Source: a virus
Strand: one strand, 5' to 3'
DNA length: 64,000 bases
IMG/VR virus record: IMGVR_UViG_3300046328_000506
Span: 1-64,000 of that record
The notes beneath the pieces were generated by a model, which worked only from the letters and a program-made list of their open reading frames with translations, did not search any database and was not told the origin of the DNA. Position numbers and translations under genes: made by a program. This document shows, piece by piece, positions 45,634 through 54,700 of this stretch (position 1 is the stretch's first letter; each line of letters opens with the position of its first letter).

Positions 45634-47013
45634 TTATTCTTCAACATATTGTGGGTTTTGTTTATTGTGAATATCTATTATTTTGATTAATTCTTTTCCA
45701 ATTTTTTCTAAGTCTTTTGGTGTTTTAGCTAATAGTGTTTTATCAATTAATTTCTTAGTATGTTTTCTTGAAAATATCCTTTCTCCACCTTGCAATTCTG
45801 TTTGCACTTCTCCATTTTCATCTAATAGATACATGCCACCTTTTTTTAGTTTAGATAAGATATTGCCTCCTAATTCATGTTTATTCCATTTAGAAGCGTT
45901 TTGTGCAAATACAGCTCTTTTTTTCGTAAGGGGATTTTTAGAATGTGTAAGTTCTTCTGTACTTTTACCTGTACGTTTTTTAGTTTCAGTAAATTTACCT
46001 TTGTTTTTCGGGTCTATATTTATCCCACCTTTTTCTAATTTAATACTTTTAAGGAATGTATTTTTATTATAATCTATATTTTGTTTTTCAAAATCATTAA
46101 TTACATCTTTTGATATAGATAATCTATTACTTTTATCTTTAACTTTTCGTAGTAAATCAGCTATACCATCAATCATATCTTTTGATTTAATAGGAAGTGC
46201 TGTATATAAATTCTCCCCTAATTGAGCTAAACCTTTTGTATTACTTATTTTCCTTAAATAACCTTGAACTGATTTGTTTTTATTTTCAACTAATTTACCA
46301 CTACTCGTAGAGTACCCATCTAATGTGTGGTCTCTTACAGTATTAGTTTTAGATAATACAAATTCCATTGTTGTATCACCTTGATTTAATTTGTTATTTA
46401 TAACCCCACCATCTTCAAATTTACAGCCATCTTCACATTTCCATTTTTTTCTTGCTAATCTTAATCTTGAATTAGGGTTCTTTGCTGCTTTTGGAAACAT
46501 TTTCATTTGTCCTGCACTTCTGGCACAATAAGATTTCTTTCTACTTCCCCCTTCTGGTTGTGGTGGTTTTAAATTACTTCCAGGATTTTCTCTGTTATAA
46601 GAATCTCTGCCTTTCTGATTCAGCCCACCCGTCTTCGATTGTCCTTCAGTCCTTGTCCAAGCCCCTCCTTGTTTGTATTTTATAATATCGCCAGTTTTAA
46701 TCTTAGCATAGATTGGTAATTCTAATACAGCATCAGTATTGTATGTTGTTAGCTTCTCACTATTTGGGTCATTGCGTTTAACTACATTAGTAACTACACC
46801 TTTTTTTATAAAAGCTAATTTTAATGGAAATCCTACTCCAGCCATTGTAATTGATTTCTCTTTACCCTGCTCTGGAAATTTTAATAGCATATTTGAAGGT
46901 TCAGATTTACCTCTCTGCCCTTGTTTTAATTCTTCGTTAGTTTCTGCTAATTCTACATTTAAAGGTGCATTATTAACAGTAATTGTTTTATTTTTGAATC
47001 TTAGTTTTTCCAT
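45634..47013 (-). CDS. modular protein: DUF192-like domain + small basic phage domains separated by GG motifs (459 aa)
   Basis: LNVELAET...G...MLLKF...M...FPL.LAF...VLELP (DUF192-like); AWTRTEGQ...GGLN.KGR...SYCARS...WKC (DUF6321-like). Confidence 0.75.
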   Translation of the reverse strand: MEKLRFKNKTITVNNAPLNVELAETNEELKQGQRGKSEPSNMLLKFPEQGKEKSITMAGVGFPLKLAFIKKGVVTNVVKRNDPNSEKLTTYNTDAVLELPIYAKIKTGDIIKYKQGGAWTRTEGQSKTGGLNQKGRDSYNRENPGSNLKPPQPEGGSRKKSYCARSAGQMKMFPKAAKNPNSRLRLARKKWKCEDGCKFEDGGVINNKLNQGDTTMEFVLSKTNTVRDHTLDGYSTSSGKLVENKNKSVQGYLRKISNTKGLAQLGENLYTALPIKSKDMIDGIADLLRKVKDKSNRLSISKDVINDFEKQNIDYNKNTFLKSIKLEKGGINIDPKNKGKFTETKKRTGKSTEELTHSKNPLTKKRAVFAQNASKWNKHELGGNILSKLKKGGMYLLDENGEVQTELQGGERIFSRKHTKKLIDKTLLAKTPKDLEKIGKELIKIIDIHNKQNPQYVEE

Positions 47014-48442
47014 TTCTAATGCTTTTAAATTCTTTTGTATTATTATGTGTGTTAGCCATAAGCTGCTGCTTAAAAAAGTTTCCTATATCTTGAAGCGAAG
47101 CTGAACCGTTTTTATGTTTTTGTACTAATCTATCTAATTGTGTAGAATTATCTTTTGTTAATATTAATTCATTTGATTCTATTTCAGCAGTTTTCTCACA
47201 ATTACCATCTGTACTACAATAGACCACAGGAATACCTTTACCTCCAAACCCTAATTCTTGTGGGATATTATTTCTATTTTTATGTAGTACACCTTTTGGG
47301 ATTATGTTGATGCCACCTGTTTGAAACTTAAAAGGACTCACTCCTACTTTATCTATTATAGGTTCTCTACTTGCTATTTTAGATTTAGCACGAGGAACAC
47401 TCATATCAATTTTTGGTTCTCTTTCTGGTTTAACTGCATATTTATCAGCTAATCTTTCTGTGAGAGGCTTGCCCTCTCTAATTCTTGGTACATTGCTATC
47501 CATTTTTTCATCAATCATATAAGGTTGATTTGGGTACTTATAATCTTGATAACCAACAGGTTCACTTACTCTATCTGTATTAGTTGAAGTTTGGTTTCTT
47601 TCTTCTTGTGTGAGTAGTGGTTTATATTGGTGTGTATTATCTATTCTTTGTAATTCTCTATTTAATTCATTAAACTTTATTGCATATTCATCAGCAGTTA
47701 ATTCTCCTGCACTATCATACAATTCTTTAAGTTTATTTTTTAAGAATGTTGTAGGATTATTTTCTCCCCCTTGCTGGAATTTTAATTTACGGAATTTTAA
47801 TTCCCCCCCTGTGTTATAATCATTAAAACTTTTACCCACAGCTGTATTTGCTGTACCTAATTGTCCAAACTTTTTAAGTCCTTGCTTTACAACATTTGAA
47901 GCAAACTTTCCTGCTCCTGGAATTGGGATTAAACTTGCCCCCAATCCAGCACCATAACTTGCAGCATCTGTATAATTTCCTTTTGCTACATTTTCTAATA
48001 AGCCATAAGCATTAGCTACGGTTGATGTTCCTGGTAATGTTTCTAAACCAGCTCGTACAACATTTTTAGCTATTTGTCTATTTTCAGTTCTATCAATATT
48101 TTCTTCCCTTTGATTTAAACTTTGTTGTGCATTTCTTTCTTCAATAGATGGGAAATTCAACTTCTCTTTTAGAGTTGGGGCTAATGGTTTAAATTGTTTC
48201 TGTTGTACCCCAGTAGAATCTCTTTGTACGCTTTCATATTTGCTTTGTAAGGCATTATCTTTTCCCAGACGTATATTTGTACCACCTGACTGTAATAATG
48301 GTTTATAAGGCAATTGTGAGCCTGATTTGTAAAAAGGAAATTTTATTTTCAAATTTATAGGGTAGGGTGTAGACTGAAAATCATCGTGTTTTTTAACACC
48401 ACGCTTTTTCATCTTATTAAATTTTATTTTATCAGTTTCCAT
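46988..48442 (-). CDS. modular putative cargo protein with GG motifs (484 aa)
   Basis: LLQSGG, KFQQGG, KFQTGG; C-terminal NIIPKGVLH...KGIPVV...AEIE domain. Confidence 0.75.
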   Translation of the reverse strand: METDKIKFNKMKKRGVKKHDDFQSTPYPINLKIKFPFYKSGSQLPYKPLLQSGGTNIRLGKDNALQSKYESVQRDSTGVQQKQFKPLAPTLKEKLNFPSIEERNAQQSLNQREENIDRTENRQIAKNVVRAGLETLPGTSTVANAYGLLENVAKGNYTDAASYGAGLGASLIPIPGAGKFASNVVKQGLKKFGQLGTANTAVGKSFNDYNTGGELKFRKLKFQQGGENNPTTFLKNKLKELYDSAGELTADEYAIKFNELNRELQRIDNTHQYKPLLTQEERNQTSTNTDRVSEPVGYQDYKYPNQPYMIDEKMDSNVPRIREGKPLTERLADKYAVKPEREPKIDMSVPRAKSKIASREPIIDKVGVSPFKFQTGGINIIPKGVLHKNRNNIPQELGFGGKGIPVVYCSTDGNCEKTAEIESNELILTKDNSTQLDRLVQKHKNGSASLQDIGNFFKQQLMANTHNNTKEFKSIRNGKTKIQK

Positions 48443-49230
48443 TACGAAAATATGTTATTGTTATCTTTGTAGATTGCCATTATTTCAGATAGTTTTTCTT
48501 TTATATATTTTACTGTAGTATGTTCTTCTATTGTTTTAGTGCAATCTTTATCTATTGCTACAAGCAAACTTCCAAGTAGTGCAAAGTTCTTACCATCTCT
48601 TTCTATATTAATTACATTATTTGGTAGATTATCGTTATCTATATGCTCTATTAAAATAGGATAAGATATAAGTATTTCTAATTCATGTTGTTCTAATATT
48701 CCAGCAACTAACAATGGTAGGTTCTTTGATGTTTTATTATAAAATAAACACTCTAGCTTTTCGTATTTAGCAAGTTCCTCATAATGAGAAGATAAAGGCA
48801 TTGCTTGATAGTTGTATATTGTAGAATGTTTTATACTAATAGCTTCTTGAAATCTAAAAGAAAAATTTTTAAAACCTTTTGCTACTCCATTGTGATATAT
48901 TGCAATGCTAACGGTTTGAGCATCTAAGTTTTCTCTAAGTTCTTTTAGTATATGATTTATCTTAATTCCATCAAGTAATACATTCCTATTTAGTTTGTAT
49001 TCTAACATTTTATCTTTTAACACCTCTTCTCTCTGTGCTTGTTTTCTAAGTTCTATTACAGCTAATTCAGTTTCAACAGTTTCTATTTGCTGGTCTTGTG
49101 CTTGTTTAAATTTTAACTTAGTAGCGTAATAATCATATAACAATTTAGCACCCTCACGTAAAAGATAAATAAGTCCCCCAAAAACTGTTATTAATAAAAT
49201 GTTGTATTGTTCTATAACTGTCTGTAACAT
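48442..49230 (-). CDS. membrane-anchored protein with C-terminal GAF-like domain, putative holin
   Basis: Single N-terminal TM (ILLITVFGGLIYLL), coiled coil, then LRENLDAQTVSIAIYHNG...LGSLLV alpha/beta domain. Confidence 0.55.
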   Translation of the reverse strand: MLQTVIEQYNILLITVFGGLIYLLREGAKLLYDYYATKLKFKQAQDQQIETVETELAVIELRKQAQREEVLKDKMLEYKLNRNVLLDGIKINHILKELRENLDAQTVSIAIYHNGVAKGFKNFSFRFQEAISIKHSTIYNYQAMPLSSHYEELAKYEKLECLFYNKTSKNLPLLVAGILEQHELEILISYPILIEHIDNDNLPNNVINIERDGKNFALLGSLLVAIDKDCTKTIEEHTTVKYIKEKLSEIMAIYKDNNNIFS

Positions 49231-49234
49231 GATT

Positions 49235-51748
49235 TTATCTTTTAAATTTTAGTGGAACTCCTCCCTGTTTCATTGTTGGAATACTACCCTGTTTATTTTG
49301 TTGTAAATATTGATTATATGCTTGCTGTAACTGTTGTTGCATAGTAGTATCAGTAGCTTGTATTTGTGTAATTTTACCTTCTTGTATCATTTGATTAACA
49401 AACTCTTGATAACTTAATTGCTTATTTGGAACTTGTTGCACGTTAGCTTGCTGACCTCCAATTAAATTAGGTAACATTCCTGTAATTGCACCTGTTATAT
49501 TACCTGCTCCTGTGGGACTTGTACCACTTCCAAACATACTTCCGACACCCTGCATTACAGCAGCATTACTTAATAATGAAGTCAATCCTCCTAATTGATG
49601 TTTGTTTTTATTCTTTAAGTATACATTGCTCCAAAGACCTCTTTTAGTTTCTTTCCCATTTTTTGTAATATATGTGTTCTTATCTTTTAAATAACCACCT
49701 TTTTTATAACCTGTAACACTTATCATTGGTTTAAATTTTGTATCAGGTTTCCTTGTGTTTGTAGTACCACGTATTACTTTTTTAGTTCTACCTGTATCAT
49801 CACTTAGTTCATCAACAATGTTATAACCTGTATTTGCTTTTTTATTTATATTAAAGTTTTCATACAAAGTTCTTTTTTGTGTGGGCTCAAAAGGTTTATA
49901 ATCACTAAATGTATAGTGCGAAATACCAGATATAGATGTTGGGTGTCCTATTGTTTCAGCACCAAGTCTGTCAAAACTAATGCCGTTATCATTAGCCATA
50001 TTTGCTTGTTGTTCTCCTAATTTATTAGCTTCTTTAATTTTCCCAGCTTTAAATAGTTTTGATGCTTGATAACCAAGTTCTTTTATTTTTTCTAATATAT
50101 CTGGATTTGTACCACCAGTTTGCAATCTCTTAGCTCTTATAGTAAATGGTTTCAACATTGTAGGTTTCTCAGCAATTCTTTCTTTTGTTTTTGGGTCATA
50201 GTAAATCCTATCGTATAATTGCATTGGAGTACCTAATCCCACATCTGATTTTTTATTTTTTTCAAAAACATTTGGTGCTAAATCCCACTTATCATAAAAG
50301 CTAACGTAATCACCCTTTTCATCTTTGCCAACATTTGCTGTGTAATTTCCCATAACAGAAGCATCTATATCTTGTAAATTCTTTTTCCCAAAAGGGAGAA
50401 GTGGTAAATTATTTTTTAATGCTTTAATGCGTTCTCTTTCTTCTGGCAGTTGTGCTTCATCACTTAATGATACTGCCATTTCATCATCAATACTTAATCC
50501 TTTTGTATCTGTATGAGCTTTTCTATAAGTTTCAAAAAGTTTAGTTTTTATGTCATCATCTTTAAAAGTATAGTATGTATCATTCTTATTATCTCCTTTT
50601 GACGGACTTGTTTTAGATTTAACTATAGTGCCGTTGTCTTGATAACTTTCGTCTCCACCTAAATACATTTTAAAAGCATCCATTCTTCTTTTATCTCCAG
50701 CATCAGGTTCACCCATATTGCGATTGTTTTCCGTAACTTTTTTAAAAATAGAATTTGCTTTATCTAAAAAATTTGAATTATTTTCTACTTTTACATCTTC
50801 ACCATAACCAAATGGATGAATGTTTTCACTTACCCATTTACTTACGCCAGACAGTTCTTTTTTTTGTATAGGTACATTAGCTGATGGATTTTGTTTTTTC
50901 CATTTTTCCGCCATTACTTTTTCAGTATTATTTTTAGGATTTTTTACAAATGCAGGAACATTACCCCCCTGCTGAAACTTCTCTATAACTATTATTTGTT
51001 TTTCAGCATTAGGTATTTGTGTAATAAAATCTCTTAATGACTTACCTGAGCTTTTAGCTGATTGTTTTATCTTTTCTTTTGTTGAGTTATCATACTTCTT
51101 ACCTTTACCAACACCACTCATTTCATGTATTCCATCTATAATCTGTTGCGGTAAGTCAAATAGTATATCTGTATCTATTCCATCAGTGTCTTTATTACAA
51201 CTACAATCAGTTACTCCTCCTTTTTGGAATTTAAGTTTCCCACCTTTACGAAATGACCTCATACCAAACGCAGGACTATTAAAACTATTTTGTTGTTGCA
51301 TAAGTCCTTGATTAATACCGCTTTGATTAGCCTTATTTATTTGAGCTTCTTTTTGCTTTTGTAATTGCTTTTTAATTTCTTCTAATTTTTCATCATTAGA
51401 ATTGTCTTTAACTCCAAATATTTTTCCAAGTGGTGTAGCTGCAATAGCTCCTGTTACATTTCCTTTTGATAAGTTAGATAACATATTTACACTCGAACCA
51501 ATTGGGTCTAATGTGCTTTTTAGTACACCACCAGCAATAGAACTATTATCTTGGCAAACTTCTTTCCCTGTAACTGGGTCTATTTCACAATCTTCTTTCC
51601 CAAACTTCTTAGATAAAGCTGCTGCTGTGTTCATTACTTGCCCTGCACCAGGAACAAAAGCATCTGCCACACCAGATACAGTTTGTCTTGCCATATCTGC
51701 TGTAGCATTTGGCACTTTTGCACCACTATAAAATTTTAACTTTTTCAT
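49235..51748 (-). CDS. modular cargo protein with 8 GG-type motifs (837 aa)
   Basis: Follows muzzle gene; Gly-rich amphipathic N- and C-terminal segments; KFQKGG, KFQQGG, RLQTGG, GYKKGG, KHQLGG, TMKQGG. Confidence 0.75.
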   Translation of the reverse strand: MKKLKFYSGAKVPNATADMARQTVSGVADAFVPGAGQVMNTAAALSKKFGKEDCEIDPVTGKEVCQDNSSIAGGVLKSTLDPIGSSVNMLSNLSKGNVTGAIAATPLGKIFGVKDNSNDEKLEEIKKQLQKQKEAQINKANQSGINQGLMQQQNSFNSPAFGMRSFRKGGKLKFQKGGVTDCSCNKDTDGIDTDILFDLPQQIIDGIHEMSGVGKGKKYDNSTKEKIKQSAKSSGKSLRDFITQIPNAEKQIIVIEKFQQGGNVPAFVKNPKNNTEKVMAEKWKKQNPSANVPIQKKELSGVSKWVSENIHPFGYGEDVKVENNSNFLDKANSIFKKVTENNRNMGEPDAGDKRRMDAFKMYLGGDESYQDNGTIVKSKTSPSKGDNKNDTYYTFKDDDIKTKLFETYRKAHTDTKGLSIDDEMAVSLSDEAQLPEERERIKALKNNLPLLPFGKKNLQDIDASVMGNYTANVGKDEKGDYVSFYDKWDLAPNVFEKNKKSDVGLGTPMQLYDRIYYDPKTKERIAEKPTMLKPFTIRAKRLQTGGTNPDILEKIKELGYQASKLFKAGKIKEANKLGEQQANMANDNGISFDRLGAETIGHPTSISGISHYTFSDYKPFEPTQKRTLYENFNINKKANTGYNIVDELSDDTGRTKKVIRGTTNTRKPDTKFKPMISVTGYKKGGYLKDKNTYITKNGKETKRGLWSNVYLKNKNKHQLGGLTSLLSNAAVMQGVGSMFGSGTSPTGAGNITGAITGMLPNLIGGQQANVQQVPNKQLSYQEFVNQMIQEGKITQIQATDTTMQQQLQQAYNQYLQQNKQGSIPTMKQGGVPLKFKR

Positions 51749-51767
51749 TCTATATTTGTATAATTTC

Positions 51768-54700
51768 CTATGAAAAACTTTGTAATATCGTTGTAATTAT
51801 TCTTTGTACTTGTGTATATTTATCACCAGGATATGTAATTCTAAATTTACAATACTTATCCCTTACCCTTTTATTCTTAAAAAAGGATTGTTTGTGAATA
51901 TCGTCATTTTCTTTTTGTATTGTAATATAGTAGTGATTTTCCTTGTAATATGTGTTTGATTTATAGATACTAAAATAATCTGTATTATCCCTTAAATTAA
52001 TTAACATTTCATAGGTATCATTATCTGTAGTCATCTCTATTTTTGTAGGGGGAGACTCGTTAGATACAATCATTAAGTTATTAAATACTTGGTGTATGGT
52101 TGTATCTTTTGTTACTACAAATTCAAATACAAAGTTATCTTGCTCATTATAATAATTGCAATAAGGTACATTAGGACTTTCATGTTTCCAAATTGTATTT
52201 CTTATTGTATCTTGTTTATAAGGGAAACTAAATAGCTTATCATATAAAGTAAACATCATGTGTGGTGAGTATGGTAAGAATGTTTGCCATTTATCACTCA
52301 TCTCAAAATACACTAATGTTTTAAAGCTATCATCATCAAAACATTCTACTGGTGTTTTTATAATCTTTGTAGAGCCTTCTCTTCCTCCTGTAATTGTAAT
52401 TACGTTATTATTGTATTCTACTACAGGACATTCAAAGGGTATTATCTCAGTTAAATCTATTGTGCCACAAGTATTATTTGGTTTTTCAGATAAGAAAGAA
52501 AATATTACATCATTCTTCTTTACATCATAATATGTTCTAATATCATGTTTAAACCATGTAGACACTTGTCCTTGAAATCTATCGTTAATGCTGCGTAAAA
52601 ATGATTGAACATTAAAGTCTGATATTAACTTTAAACTATCTCCTGTAAATTGCCATATTTTTCCTTTATCTATATCTACACCGTACACAGTATTATCTGT
52701 ATTTAATATAGACCATTGCCACTTACTACCGTATAATTCTGAGATAGTTCTTGTTTCCCCTACTGGCGGTAATACTCCTGCCGATTCTATAAATACACTA
52801 CCTACAGCATCACTAAATGATTGTCTTCTTTGATTTACAGGTATTGAATGTAATCCGTTTTCAAATACACATATTAATTGACCATTTAAGTTTTTAATAG
52901 CTACAATAGCCCCTAAATGTTTCTGATAATCTTGTCTTGCTATTGGGGCAAACTTCCTATAACCATCTACAAATGAGTTAGATGTATATAGCTCTGAATA
53001 TATAATCCTTGTATCAAATCTATCCTCAATAAACGGGTTATCGCTTTTTAATGCTATATAGTTTTTACCAGAACTTGAATCTGAATATCCTTTATTACTT
53101 ACTGTAGTTTCTGGTAATTTAGACTTTTTCCAAACATTACCTGCATTTTCTCCACCATAATTCCCTTTTGTATAATAAGGTAAGAAGCTACGTTTTTCAG
53201 ATTCATCTACACTATATAAATTATCAGTTCTTAATCCTGGATTAAAGTTAGATTCTGTTAATAGTTGTAACGACAAACCTAAATTAGATTCTTGTGAAGA
53301 TTTCTCTAATACTTCTGTTAAATCTATGTTATTCCAATAAAGTTTTCTAAACGAAGTCCCAATATAATTATCGCCATTAAATCCTTCTAATCTGCCGTCT
53401 GGTCTTAATAATCTTTCATTTTCTAATGATGTAAACTGACTTGCATTTGAATTTACTTCTAACGCTTTTGCATTATCCCAGTACATCTCTTTCGTAATTG
53501 GGAAGAATGTTTCATATTCTGGTTTATATAAATCAAATAATTGTGGTGTAGGATAATATCCATTAGGATTATTTGTACCATCTTGATATAGATTTACTAA
53601 ATAAGCTAATGGTTTAGAAACTGTTTTCCCTACTATTGGGTAAACATAATCCTCTTCATATATAGGATTTCTAACTTTACCATTATATACTACAAATGAA
53701 GATGTTTTGGCTATTGGTTCTTGGTATGTTGTATGTTGGAATAAATTTGTTTGATTTTCCACGCTAATACCGATATAACTATCAAAAGATAATCTAAAAT
53801 TAGCGTTACCATTTGTAGGTTCATTTACTCTATACTCATTATCATCTAATCGTAAAAATGTATCTCTTAAATTTGGTGCAGATACTAAATACATTTTACT
53901 ACTAAATCTTCCTGCGTTATATGTATATTGATTATTTATTTGAAAATAATTCTTAGCAGTAAGTAGTTGATTATAAGGTGTATGTAGGATAGGTTTGTAT
54001 AATGAGAAACCTCCTGATGTAGTTATTAAATCTGTACTCCCATTACCATTAGTGGCATCAAAGAATTTAGATTGCGAAGCTATTGCGTATTGCATTGATA
54101 TTGCTGATAATAACTTCATTTTAACATCACTATTTGCTTCTAATGAGGATACTAACTTTTCACTATTTAATAGTAAATCTGGTGATATTAAAGCAAAGTT
54201 TTTATTTACAACATCTGTTCTTAAATAAGCTGAGTTTGGAGCACTCATTGGGTAAACAAACTTATATAAAAACTCTTGAAAGTAATCTTTGCCATCTGGA
54301 GGTAAATCATCATCATCATGTGTAGCTAAATGACTTTCTAATAACCAATCTACTGATGGGATTAATTTGTAATTTGTATCATTAAACTCATAGTCCATAA
54401 TAAAGTTTACATTGTCGTTTGGGGCATCTAAGAATGGTATTGGAAGAGTATCAATAATATATCCTTGTGTTATAATGTTAGATTTCTTTTTGCATCTAAC
54501 TATCATAAAACCTAATGTATCATCTAATATAGCTTGTGGAGGAGTTGGTATCTCAAATGTTGGATATAGCATATTAGCATAATACAACTCGTCAGACAAA
54601 GGTACTGTATCTCTTGTTGGAAATCTGAATATACCATTGATGTTTTCCCCTGTTGTTTCATCAAAAGGGTCATCTGTATTTAATGTAGTATTACTATATG

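Noticed and set aside
51751-51758. TATATTTG on the + strand as antisense promoter; TAAATTTG on the - strand at 32576-32583
   Set aside because: No correctly spaced -33 TTTG; an isolated 8-mer is expected by chance in this AT-rich DNA
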